Positions 1 through 12,547 of a stretch of 64,000 nucleotides of DNA are shown piece after piece. Source of the DNA: Callorhinchus milii (lineage: Eukaryota); assembly GCF_018977255.1 (NCBI RefSeq), contig NW_024704743.1, positions 13,208,001 through 13,272,000 of the forward strand. Direction: 5' to 3'. Below the pieces are notes generated by a model. That model saw only the letters and a list, made by a program, of their open reading frames with translations. It made no database searches and had not been told where the DNA came from. How positions within the stretch are numbered: position 1 is the first letter of the stretch; each line of letters starts with the position of its first letter. The translations under genes and the position numbers were made by a program.

Positions 1-685
1 TTTGAGATGTTAGATAGCATGTCTGTTATTATGAAGCCATTTCACCCATTGTCTGACTCATCAGCAAATGTCAGCCCATTCACTTCCTGTTATTAAAGTC
101 TTCAATTTGCATGATTGACTTTAATGATACACTGGATAGTTCAATTTACTGCCCGCTTTAGAAGAAGATGTGAAAAGGCTGTGAGTGGTGCCTGGGTAGA
201 AAATGCAGTTAATAGCTTCCCTTTTTAATGCTTAATGACCTTGATGTTCTGAGACAGGATGATTCTGGTTTGATCACTCAGTGATGATTCTCACTAGATG
301 TGAGGAAAGCATTTGATGGCAGTAATGTTATAATTTTCCTCAATCTGCAGCAGCTCTGCAACACTACAGTAGACTGATCCCTTTCAGTTGTAAAGTAACA
401 GCTGTAAGAGTTAAGCCACACACCAGACTGTCCACGTTGAGGAATATGATGTTTATTTCCTCCCAGACTTGGTCTGACAAAAGCTTGGGGTGACTCCACA
501 TCTTCATAATCTAGGCTGGCACCCCAGTGCAGAACTGAGGGAATGTTGTCCTTCAGATGACCTGTCTGTTCTGGTGGAAGCTGAAGATCCCAGGGAATTA
601 CAGATACTTCTCAGGGAATCATCTCCATATCCTGGCCAATGTTTCTCCATCTTCCAAAAAATTCACCAAAAACAGATTATATTGA

Positions 686-1800
686 ATCATAGAATAGAAC
701 CAAAGAATTATACAGCAAAGAAAGAGGCCAATCAGCCCGTTGTATCTGTGATGGCTCTTTGAAAAGAGCTATCCAAATCAATCCCACTGCTCCGCCCTCT
801 CCTCATAGCCCTGCAATCATTTACTCCCCAAATAATTATCTACTTCTCTCTTAAAAGTTGTTATCGAATCGGCTTCCACCACGTTTCAGGCAATGCATTC
901 CAGATCCAAACAACTATCCTCTTCACTGTTTATTACTTTTCCTAGCTTAGTTTCATCTGCAAACTTGGAAATTGTACTCCTTATACGCAAGTCCAGGTTA
1001 TTTATATAAATCAATTACAGCAGTGGTCCCAATACTGACACCTGGGGGATACCACTGCACATTTCCTTCCAGTCAGAAAAACAACTGTTTACCACCACTC
1101 TGTTTTCCAGCCAGTTCTGTACATGCTGTCCTTGTCCCTTTAATACCATGGGCTTCTATTTTGCTTACAAGTCACTTATGTGGCACTTTATCAAACACCT
1201 TTTGAAAAACCATATAAACTACATCAACTACTCCAGACTGAGTCTGCTCTGCATTTCTCCCCCATCGAATCCCTCCTTTTTCTGGACTACTCCTTATTAC
1301 ATTGCTATTCATCTCTCTCAGCCCTCTATGTAACTTGTTTCTGCTCTCTGATTCCTTTCTCCCTCTAAATAAGTTTAAACCCTTCCCCGCAGCACTAGTT
1401 AACCTCCCTGTGAGGACATTGGTCCCAGTCCTATCCAGGTGTAACCCATCCACCTTTTACAGGTCCCACCTGCCCCAGAACTGGTCCCATTGTTCCAGGA
1501 ACCCAAAACCCTCCTTTCTGCACCAGTTCTCCAGCCAGACATTTATGTGTTTGATTCTGTGGTTTTGATACTCACTTGCACAAGGCACTGGGAGTAATCC
1601 AGAAACCACCACCTTTAAGGTTCTATGCTTTAGCTTTTTCCCTAGCTTCTGATACTCTCCTTGTAGGATCTCAACCCCTTTTTTCCCTATGTCATGGATC
1701 CCAACATGGACCATGACTTCTGGATGTTCCCCTTCCCCCTGTAGAATGTTTTGCACCTATTCCATGTTTTCAACCATGGCACAAGGGAGGCAACATACCA
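686..1800 (-). mobile_element. Fragmented CR1 LINE: ORF1 SGNH-esterase part, RT fragment, 3' end
   Basis: Minus-strand peptides VMVHVGIHDI...VVVSGLLPVP...INVWLENWC and DGLHL (CR1 ORF1 esterase), and VVDVVYMVFQKVFDKVPH (RT). attctatgat-type tail near 686. Confidence 0.85.
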
Positions 1801-1924
1801 TGTCTTTGATTGTAGAAACACTTGTTTGCTCCTTTCACCGTTGTGTCCCCATTGACAATTGCATTGCCACTCTTCCCCTTGTCTGCCTGTGTATCCATTT
1901 GCTCTCGGCTCCCTTCCCCTTTGC

Positions 1925-2350
1925 CATAATAATAATAATCCTTATACTTGGCATATCACTTTTCATGTCAGGAGGATGTCCTAAACTGCTTCCTAGAATA
2001 TATTGTAAAGTGTTTTAGACTGTTTTATACTCGAATTTGGCAGCCAATTTGAGCACAGCAATGTTTCACAAACAGTCATAGAATAAATAACCAATTTTAT
2101 TTTGGAGGATTGTTGGCAAGACACCTGGAGAAACTCCCTTCTCATTTTGAATCGTGCCGTAGGATCTTTAATGCCCACCTGAACAGGCAGATAGGAGCTT
2201 GGTTTGACATCTCATCCAAAGGATGACAACATTGAAGCATACCCGGAGCAGTTCATTGGAGTGTCATCTTTGGCTATATGAGTTCCATGTCGCGATGTGG
2301 GGCGTGAACCAACAACCTTCTGACTCAGAGACAAGAGCGCTACCATCTGA
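1925..2350 (-). mobile_element. DeuSINE (SacSINE1-like)
   Basis: Reverse complement of the same architecture (cccacctgaacaggcaga...ttctgactcagag). Confidence 0.72.
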
Positions 2351-3269
2351 TCCAGAGAGCTGAGTCTGAGTGGAATGGGAGACTGCTTAGCTGAGCTCAG
2401 TTTGAGTTCAATTACATTTAATGTAGATCAACGAAACAGGCCATTTGGGCCACCTAGTCATTACTGTTCTTTTATACTCCACATGAGCCTCCATCTGCTC
2501 TATTACTCTCTCCGTGCCCTATTCTCCATTCCCCTCTATTCCTTTCTCTGTCATGTTTAACTATTGAAGTGGATGTGAGCTGAGCTGCTCAAGTGGGAAC
2601 AAGGAACAGTTTGGCTGTGTTGGAGCATTTGGGTCAGAGCTGAATTTAACTGGCTGCTGCTTGAAGCTCTCCACTGTCCCCTTCCCCCCTCCCACCCCCT
2701 GCAACACCCCCCTCCCCCCCTGCCACATCCCCCACATATGTTGTCATATTTGCCAATATAATAGGCAATACACAGTCAAAACTGCAAAATGCTTTGGGAC
2801 ATTTCTACTTGAAGCTCTTGATACAAAGTTCACAATATTTTTATTCCTGCTCTCTTCATTGGGAAAAGGTTTTTCATAAGCACAAATTGTTGTTGGTTTG
2901 AGGGCAGTGAGGAAGGTAGCAAGTCAAAGGGTTTTAGATGAAAGGATAGTCGACAGTGCATGGTGACAAAAATCAACCTCAAACAAGGGGTGGACGTGTG
3001 GAGTGAGCAGCAGAGCCAGAAAAGTATAGGGTACTCGTTGAATGGCTTTATATGGCTGAACAGTCCCAGATCATCTCTCTGGATTCGGGCATTCAGGATT
3101 CCTTTGGCAAATGTGTTCAGAATCAATTAAAAGGAGGGACTCTGCCAGTGACATAATGTTTATTTTCCACTGGTCTAATATCTATCCTTCCGGAGGCGTT
3201 GAGAATTGGAATGAGTCATTTCTCATGCTCTCAAACCCATTACTTTTTGCTGTGGTTAGGTAAAGCAGA

Positions 3270-3426
3270 AACAAAACACAAAATACTGCAGATGCCTGAA
3301 ATCTGAAACAAAAACAGAAGTCGCTGGGAACAACTCAGCAGGTCAGGCAGCATCTATGGAGAAAGATCCTTTCTAAATAAATGCTGCCTGACCTACTGAG
3401 TGTTCCCAGCAACTTCTGTTTTTATT
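3270..3426. mobile_element. Same palindromic element, opposite orientation, centre deleted
   Basis: Arms aaaaacagaagtcgctgggaac..tcagcaggtcaggcagcat / atgctgcctgacctactgagtgttcccagcaacttctgttttt. Perfect 14-bp direct repeat ttaggtaaagcaga at 3256-3269 and 3427-3440. Confidence 0.8.
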
Positions 3427-4039
3427 TTAGGTAAAGCAGAGCAGCAGGGACTGTGATGATGTGATGCTGTATGGGTTCTAGTTTCCTTAATCACAAAGAT
3501 GCAGAGGAGAAATATTGCAAATACATTTGAACACTTGGGAAGTTGGACTTGGTTTAAGCCTCCAATAACAATGTTAATTTCCTTGATCTACACAAGAAAG
3601 AAATACTGTTACAAAATAATGTTTGTCCACAAAATACACAGGCACTGCACTTGACATCAGATCCTGTGATACGCATTAAGGCATCCTTTTGACTGAAAAC
3701 CACTATAACACATGTACGGATTATTATTAATGTTACATTTTTAGATTTAATGCTGTAATAAAATCATAGCAACGTGGAAATTATGGCATAGAAGCAATTA
3801 TTCAGCCTGTTGAGCATTTGCTGGGCTAATTTTCTCCACTGAAACATTAGACTCTGCTCTCTCCCTTTACCCTTTTAGTTTGTTTTCTTCAAAGATTTAT
3901 CTAATTCCAATTTCAATGCGGAAGTCTTAATTACAATAGAAATATGTAGCAAATCATTTCAACCTGTGTAAAGCTCTGTGTGAAAATAATCTTCTAACCT
4001 CCCTTCATTCTTTTAGTGACAATTTCTGATTTTCTGATC

Positions 4040-4410
4040 CCGGGTACCAATTCAATCAAGATCCTCACACTTGTCTACAAATCTTTTCATGCTCTGGCAC
4101 CTCCCTTTCTCACCAACCTGCTTACTCCCCATTTTACCACCCACCACCTCCACTCAACTGGCTCCGGCCTCCTGTTTGTTCTTCTCTGCTCTACCATCAG
4201 TGACTTTCAGCCACTATACCCCGAAATTTGGAACTTTCTCCCTCAATCTCTCCGCCTTGCCCCTTCCTTTCCCTTAAGATCTTCCACTTTGCCCGTGCTT
4301 ACGGTCATCTTCCTCCTCCCCTTGGCTCGGTATTGGACACCACCACCGTTAACTGCTTTGAGACACTACCCTACATGAAGGCCATTATATAAATGCAAGT
4401 TATTGTTGTT
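4040..4410 (+). mobile_element. L2 LINE 3' end fragment
   Basis: KILTLVYKSFHALAPP...WNFLPQSLR. Tail tataaatgcaagttattgttgtt. Confidence 0.75.
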
Positions 4411-4803
4411 ACGTATTGGACAGAGCCATGGAATGCAAAGTGGTGGAGTGGGCTTGATGGGCTAAATTACCGCAGTCTGTTCCTACATATCTATTGTACA
4501 CAGGGTAAATAAATGGCAGTTTCTTTTGCAGTAAGAGCTTTGAGTGAAGCCAGAACATTCAAGCTAGGTCTGTGTGATGGTTGCTTCCCTCAATGTGACC
4601 ACGTTCTGACACTGCATTTTGCGATCTTTTTTCACAGATTGGTAGAAACGTCTGTCCTTCACAAATGTTAAACCTCACACAAGCTAGTTATCCTTGATTT
4701 GTGTTCTGAGAAAGATTATTTAAATTAACATCTCCAAGCTATTTACTGTATTAAAGTGAATGATGTTATTCAGAAGATCATTGTGAATGAATTACTGCAT
4801 TCA

Positions 4804-4837
4804 AGCGCCACCTACTGGTGAACGTCTAATTCTGCAA
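4804..4837 (-). promoter_or_regulatory. CTCF binding site with upstream TGCAG module
   Basis: Minus strand TTGCAG-N13-CCAGTAGGTGGCGCT matches the CTCF core consensus CCASYAGRKGGCRC. Confidence 0.65.
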
Positions 4838-5039
4838 TTGTTACCATATTCCACTCACGTAAGTTGTAGTTACCAACATTGGAGATATTTGATATTATGA
4901 GTTCAAAGTTGCAGCATGTGATGTTATCAGATCAAGAAAAACACAGTAAAAAGTAACCAATAATTATCACTGCCTCGGGGAGGTTCAACCATAACTGAAA
5001 TACTGCAATTGTGACTCCTATGTGACCCTTTCTTTTCCA

Positions 5040-6045
5040 CATCTTATATCTTCCTCTCGGCGATGTCATCTGCACACACAGGGATAACTTCCATATGTAT
5101 GCAGATGGCACCAATTCCAAATCCACTGATGTTCTGTCCACTTGCCTGCCAGACATCAAAGCCTCTCTGAGCCGAACCTTCCTGCAACAAAGCATGCACA
5201 AGGCTAAAGTCTTTCTTTTTGGCTCTTGCCAACATCCCCAGCCTTTCTCTCAAACTCACCAAACTGGCCACATCCTTTGGCATCCAGTTCGATCCTCAGC
5301 TCTCTCTCACACTGTGACCAAGGCTGCTTTTCTTCACCTCCTTCATATTACCCCACCTCAGTCCCCATCTCACTCTAAATGCCCCCAAAACCCTTATCCA
5401 TGCCTTTATCACCTCTCGGTTGAATTTTTCTAACATACTCCTTGCTGGTCTCCCGAGCTCCACCATCTATAAACTTCAACTCATGCAAAACTCCGCTGGC
5501 TGCATCCTCACCCACACCAAACTCCATATGTTCACCACCCTTGTCCTCGCCAAACTCCACTGGTTTCCCCAGCTCAATGGGTGGAATCCTGTAGCTCAGT
5601 GGTTAGAGCACTCACCTTGCAAGCGAGAGACCTGGGTTCATTTCCCAGCAGCATGAAACACTGGACAAGTTTCCTTACTCCACATGCCACTGTTTACCTA
5701 GCAGTAAGTAGGAACCCGGTTGTTATTCGATTGGAGGATCGCTTTTCTGGGGGTAATAATTCCTTAAAAAAAAATTGGTCACTCAATCCATGACTGTTTG
5801 CACAATTGGCTGCTACGTTTCGCCCACAAAATATACAGTCAATTCACTTCACAGTATATTCTGTGAAGTGCTTTCAGACGTCTCGAAGATATGATAAAGC
5901 ACTATATCAAATACAAGGATTATTATTATTATCTCTCAGCAAGATCGATTTCAAGACCTTCACCCTCATCTACAAATCCCTTCAGGCTCTAGCACCTCCC
6001 TATCTTTCTGATCTCCTTATCCCCCACTCCTGTGCTTGGTCCTTA
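5040..6045 (+). mobile_element. L2 LINE fragment interrupted by a SINE (5581-5930)
   Basis: MYADGT...CLPDIK and [10 protein letters not shown]...LAKLHW; resumes after the SINE with IDFKTFTLIYKSL. Confidence 0.8.
5581..5930 (+). mobile_element. Same SINE, long subfamily (extra ~75-nt internal segment)
   Basis: Contains ctgtttacctagcagtaagtaggaacccggttgtt...ttttctgggggtaataat, which short copies lack. Confidence 0.88.
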
Positions 6046-7984
6046 CTCAAAATGCTAGAAGGGAGATTTTCCCTCTTCGCCAACAATCCCCAAATAAAAT
6101 TGGTCGTTCACTTCATGGCTGTTTGTGGTACATTGCTGTGCACAAATTGGCTGCCTAGTTTGCCTAAAATACAGTCACTACTCTTTACAGTATATGCTGT
6201 GAAGCCTTTAGAGACATCTTGATGACATGATAAGGTGCTTTACCAAATGCAAGGATTATTAATGCATTGCTCCCCCTTCATTATTATTGTTGTTTTTGTT
6301 ATTGTGCTGGAGAGTCGGCCTGAAATGTGAGCTCAAGTCCCAATGAAGGGCTTGAACCCACAACTTTTTGACCCAGAGACAACATTGCTACCAGTTGAGC
6401 TCTAATAACAGCAGTCGACCATTCAACCTATCAAAATAAAAAGGATTGCTGGGTAACCCCACAAAATACACAGTGACTACACTATATCCTGTGAAGAGTT
6501 TTGAGATGCCCTCGCTCCATGATAGGCACTCTATCAAATGCAAGGATTCTTATTATCATTGTATCGTACCAACTGCAAACAGCTTTGAATGAAATCTAAT
6601 ACACTTAGAAGCAAATTTCTCACAAACAACTCAATTTAATTTATAATAATAATAATCCTTGCAATTGACATCTGAAAGCGCTCCACAGAATATACTGTAA
6701 AGTGAAAAGTGTAAAGTATATTTTGTGGGTGAATTTAAATACCTAATACCTTTATCTCAATAAGCCCAGTGTGTGCTCAGCCAGTTTTCCATTGCTTTTA
6801 AAAAGGAAATCAGTTGCATTTTCTCATGTATCTCACCCTCCCATACCTCACCCAAGTGGCCATAATTCATGTTCAAGTCGAGACAGTGAATGTCTGCAGG
6901 CTATTCAACCTTGTGGGCGTCACAGCCAAACCCAATGCGGTCCTCACCCTTCATCCACGCATAAACATTTTTCAACAGGGATCATCATAGGAATCAGGAG
7001 CAGGAATCCTGGACGATGTCGCCATAACCCAAAGCATTGAGGCTAATTGCAACTACTGTCCCACAGGCCAGAGATTGAACATCAAATATTCAGTTCAATA
7101 CTGGAAGTTCCTTTTCAAAAGATCTAGCGACAGAGTTCCTCACGTGATAGCTTTCCTATGTCCTGAAAACAGAATAGCACAATAGGGAGCAGTGACACAG
7201 CAGGGAATTAGACCTGCCCTACGGTGCCCAGATGATTAGCATATCCCAGGATTAAATAACACTTGATAAAAAATGTGCCTTTGAAAAATAGATTCAAACA
7301 GTTCAAATGACTTTTACTGGCATTGAGACAAGGTCTACGTTTTATCAGCTGGAGCTGGATGTTAACCCAACTCCCAGAGGTTAGAGGTCAGGCTGCAACA
7401 CCCGTACCTCCTTTTATTACAGAGCTGGCAGCAACAATAGCGCCACTCAAAATATGTTATTTTAGGATTCCCCTCATCCTATAGAATTGTTAAATTCAGT
7501 TTTTTAACTTACAAATAAAGTTAATACTGAGTTTAAGAATTTGCCAAATTCTGAACACTCTGAACACATTGGGAGGGTGTCACAAAGTGCTCCACAGGAT
7601 ATATTGTAAGTGTAGTGACTGTGTATTTGGGAGGTGAACAAATCTAGACCTGAACTATATCTCCATTATCAAATTCTGTTTACAGTTATCACATTTCTTC
7701 AGCCAATTCTTCCTGCCCCGAGATTGTACCATGCATGAAGGGCACCATATAAATGCGCTTGTGGTTGCTCTATTTAAACAAGCATCATGATGCACATATA
7801 CATCGAGCTCCCAAGGCTCAGAAACTGAATCAATGTCAGTTAGTTACTGTGCAAATGAAGAGTTGACAGGACCATTGCTTCTCCAAGAACTTTAAATGCT
7901 GTTAAAGATTGCCATGCACTTAGTGCAGTTACACTGCAGCTGAAGTGGTGCAAGGCATCCTCCTCAGAACCTCTTCTGTTACAT

Positions 7985-8560
7985 GAGTGGGATGTCGTTT
8001 ATATGGACTTTCAGAAGGCATTTGATAACATTTTACACAAAAGATTATTAGCGAAAATGGAAGTGAATGGAGACGGAGGTAACCTTATGACGTGGCTTGG
8101 TAATTGTTTGGGAGGCTGGAAACAGAGGGTAGGGATAAAGGGAACGTTGTCTGATTGGTGGAATGCGATGATAAAGATTAAGATGATAAAGAGATTTGAT
8201 AGGGTAGATACAGAGAAGCTATGTCCTCTGGGGGGGTACTCCAAAAGAATGGGGCACAGTCTTAAAATTAGAATTAGGACATTTAAGAGTGAAATCATGA
8301 AGCATTGTTTCACTCAAAGGGTGGTAGAAATCTGAATTCTTTCCCCCAAAAGGCCTTGGATGCTGGATCTATCCATACCTTCAAGGTGAGATTGATAGAT
8401 TTTTGGTGGGTCAGGATATTAAGGGACATGGGTAGAAAGCAGGAAATTGGAATTGAAAGGATTAGTTGAGGTACAGATCAGCCATGATCTAATTAAATGG
8501 CAGAACAGGATCGAAGGGCTGAATGGCCTGCTCTATTCCTCTGTTCCTAAGTTCCTATGT
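7985..8560 (+). mobile_element. CR1 LINE 3' fragment (internally deleted RT + 3'UTR)
   Basis: MDFQKAFDNILHKRLL...GHSLKI...HCFTQRVVEI. 3'UTR ends gggctgaatggcct...ttcctatgt. Confidence 0.88.
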
Positions 8561-9382
8561 ACATGGAGTGGATCTAGCCAGCCCCAAATATAATATAATA
8601 GGTTTCTTACAATTTCATATATACATCATGCAGAATCAATGAGGAACATGAAAAGCAACAGCGCCATAGCACTGCTGAGCATATATCCTCTGATTAAATT
8701 GTTGAAAACTTTCTGAATAATTGTACTTTAAATAATATGAATACAGTCACTTCACTTCCCAGTAAATCACTGTGTCAAATATAAGGATTATTATTTTAAA
8801 AGCAAAATAATGGGATAACTAAAAATATACTATCATAGAAAGCAAAAATACCCTATTATTGGAATGCATTGATTTCAGTCCAATATATTAGTCTTGAATA
8901 ATGAATAATGCAGCTCTAACTGGAATCAGTAGAGACAATGTACAGTATCAGCTGACTTTAAGACCCTGGTTCCTACTATTGTTACTGAACAGAGACTAAA
9001 TTTCTATCCAAATGGATTTGACCTTTCCAGCAAATGCCTTTCACATGTTCCTGATTGCTCCTGTGTTCAGCAAAACAATTCTATTCTTGTAGCTGATAAC
9101 ACACTGTGGAATTTTTCCAGTCTATAATTCTCCAAGAACAATGCTCATCCGTCTGGCCTGAAAATCCCTTGGAGTTTCTACCATTTTGAAACAATGATAA
9201 TGACCTGAGGCAGGGGTGCACTGACTGCACTCACAAACACACTTTGTCCCTGTCCACGTCCAGCAAGCAAGGGTGACATGGAAACTGAGGTGATCAGTGA
9301 ATATCAATAATTTTACTGTCCTAATAATTGTCCTGTGTTTGTTTTGTTTTGGGGATTGTCCCTTTATGCAGATTTATCAATT

Positions 9383-9692
9383 AATAATAATAGTAATAAT
9401 CCTTGCATTTGATATAGCGCTTTTCATGTCTTGCATCTGAAAGCGCTTCACAGAATATACTGTAAAGTGAATTGACTGTATATTTGTGGGCGAAACGCAG
9501 CAGCTAATTGCACACAGCAGTGTCCCACAAACAGTCGTAGATTGAAAATGACCAATTTAGTATTGTTTTGTTTTTTGGAGGGATTATTATTAGGCGTGTG
9601 GAGTAAGGAAACTTGGGTTAGGGGTGCCTGGAATTGAACTCAGGTCTCTCGCTTGCAAAGTGAGTGCTCTAACCACTGAGCTACAGGACTCC
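9383..9692 (-). mobile_element. Same SINE, short subfamily
   Basis: Reverse complement of head (gagctacaggactcc) and tail (ataatccttgcatttgatatagcgc). Confidence 0.9.
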
Positions 9693-10709
9693 GATATTAC
9701 TGTCCTTAAAAGTCCTCTATCACAGCCAATGAAATATATAGGTATTGACAATTAATAAGGTCATACTTTTAAAACCATCTTGCCTACAAAATATACAGTC
9801 ACTTCACATCACCATAAAATGCTGTGAAGTGCTTTGAGATGTGCTTTGAGATCCCAATGTGAACCATGTTTATATCAACATATATATCAGGCTAATACAA
9901 AAGTGCTTTAAAGGTCCTGGGGTAGAAATGCCACCCGGGTCTAGATTTATTCTGTTTGTACCGCATTTCAGAGGGTCCAGAATTTGGCAAATTCAAATCC
10001 TTAATTTTGAAAGTTGGACAAGGAGTGATAGAGCCTATGTCACAGTATGAAGGTCAAATACTCCCTTTGAAAGTAGTGTGGCTGTAATCATTTGGAATAT
10101 TTTCTCCTGCAGTCACAGTAGATCCAACACCTGTCCTCTTTGTTTCTGCAAACATTGTCTGTTAGCCTAAACATTTGATCTGAATCCTGTATTAGCTACT
10201 TAGGTTGCAGTGTCCCCAGTAAATGAGTTACTAGGATTGCTTCAGTCCTTTGGCAAAGTAAAGGACCATGATCCAATGCAGCCCATCTGGCTGTACCCAT
10301 CCCTTTTTATTCTTTCCGAAGAATAGAGAGAGGTAGCAAGGCAAGCAGTTTTGGAAAAGATTTCTGGAGAGCGGGGGAGGGTTGTAGGAGGTAACTGAAG
10401 TCAGAGGTGGAGCTCAGGGAGTGTACCTTCAATTGTCAAGCCTTTACTTGGAAGGTGCTACATAAATGCACATTTGTCTAGATAGCGTGTCCCTCAGTCA
10501 GGGTTTCAGTTCTGATAACGAACCATGCTCAAATAGGACCTGTAGCAGAGTAAGGGTTTTCTTGGTACACAGAATCATAGAAACTAAAGCTGGAGCTAAT
10601 TACTCTACTTTAATACCAGTTCCCTCTTGTGGATTTCCAGCCTCTCGTTTCTGGTTTTGGAGATTACTGTTACAATACCACGATTCATTAAATTCTCATC
10701 TTTTTCTTA

Positions 10710-11022
10710 CAATAATAATAATAATAATCTTTGCATTTGATATAGCGCTTTTCACATCTTCTAGACATCTCAAAGCGCTTCACAGAATATGCTGTAAAAT
10801 GAATTGACTGTATATTTGTGGGCAAAACGTGGCAGCCAATTGTGCACCGGAGTGTCCCACAAACAGTCGTGGATTGAAAATGACCAATTTATTATTGTTT
10901 CATTTTTGGAGGGATTATTATTAGTAGTGTGGAGTAAGGAAACTTGCCCAAGGTTTCGGCCTTCCTGAAATTGAACCCAGGTGTCTCGCTTGCAAGGCGA
11001 GTGCTCTAACCACTGAGCTATA
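10710..11022 (-). mobile_element. Same SINE, short subfamily
   Basis: Same head, body and tail on the minus strand. Confidence 0.9.
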
Positions 11023-11796
11023 GGTCGCTACAAGCGATCAGGTCATGCATATATGATTCTTGCTGATCTCGATTTTTCTAAACTGTCTTTTATTTGGACA
11101 AGCCTTGTGCAGACAGGCTGTCTGACTTCTGTAAAAATTAATGCCTTAAAAATCTGCTGTCTTCTGCCTTTCCAGCTCTTTGTGAAGTCAGAAGTGAAGC
11201 AATGATACGGTTTAAAACTACACGAGAAAAGCGATTTAATAGAAAATTAATATCACATGAACAAAAAATCCACAGAAACACTGGGTTCCCTTCCTCCAAA
11301 ACATTGTCAAATCTTTCCGGGTTGGTACAGATCATTCAGATCTCTGGTTCAATCCACTTTATTCAAGACTGAACCTGTCGGGATGAAGAATGCAGAATTA
11401 TCCTCAATCAAAGTACTGTAAAACCCAACTGAACAGTTTTAATTTCTAAACTGAAAAGTAATAGTACTTGATCAAATATTTTATTCGCTTGCTCTTAAAT
11501 TATTTTAAGAGCACATTTATGAATATAGAAAAGATGTTACTGCAGTTTATTTAAATTGTACTTGTATCTCGACATGTTCTCTTGATAGTTATCCTGGAAT
11601 CAACACTGAGCTGACACAAGCCTCACCCAGTTACATTCATTTCTGTCTGGCTTTCTGCCTGAGTTGAGACTCCCATCAGACAAACCTTGGCAAGGCCACA
11701 GGATGTAGCTGCCTGCGGCATTATGATATGTGATGCTATCTTATTGGAATGGGCAGTGCTTACTGGGAGAAAGAAACAGTATTGTTCTATGTGTCA

Positions 11797-12162
11797 TAAT
11801 AATAATTCTTGCATTTGATATAGTCGCTGTCACGTAGTTGAGACGTCTCAAAGCGTTTCACAGAATATACTGTAAAGTGAGTTGACTGTATATTTTGTGA
11901 GCAAAATGTGGCAGCCAATTTTCCACAGCAGTGTCCCACAAACAGTTGTGGATTGAGCGACAAATTATAATTGTTTTACGGGACTGTTACCCTTCAAAAG
12001 CTATCCGCCAATCATCTAACAACCAGGTTCTTACTTACTGCTAGGTAAACAGAGGTCTGTGGAGTAAAGAAACTTGTCTAAGGTTTCGCCCTGCCAGGAA
12101 TCGAACCCGGATCCTCTCACTTGTGCAGCGAGCGCTCTAACCAATCCGCTACCGAACTCCAC
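11797..12162 (-). mobile_element. Same SINE, long subfamily
   Basis: Reverse complement includes ttactgctaggtaaacagagg. Confidence 0.88.
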
Positions 12163-12547
12163 AGGCCCATAGCATCTTCCACCATTGATCATTTCCAATC
12201 ACGAGTAAAAAAAGTACTGCAGTCTCCAGGGGTTAGAAACACTGCAGCAGAGTAAGGGTTCGCTTGGTTCATGGAACCATTTTCAGTCAGTGGAAGTCAA
12301 AAGTTCAACGAAAAACATTTAGACTGTTGAGTATGTTGGTGCTAAAGCTAACTACTCCAATCCCAATCGCCTGCCAATGTTTCCTTGTACCCTCTTATAT
12401 TGTTGATCTTCAAATACTTGTTGTTAAATGTTGTTATGGTGTAAGCTTTCTTTGTGGCAAAACATTCCCTTATTCTAATAACTCCCGCAATAAAAAGAAT
12501 GAACTGTTGCTTATCAAAGACAGGGACTTGAGTATTCCCAGGTGAAA

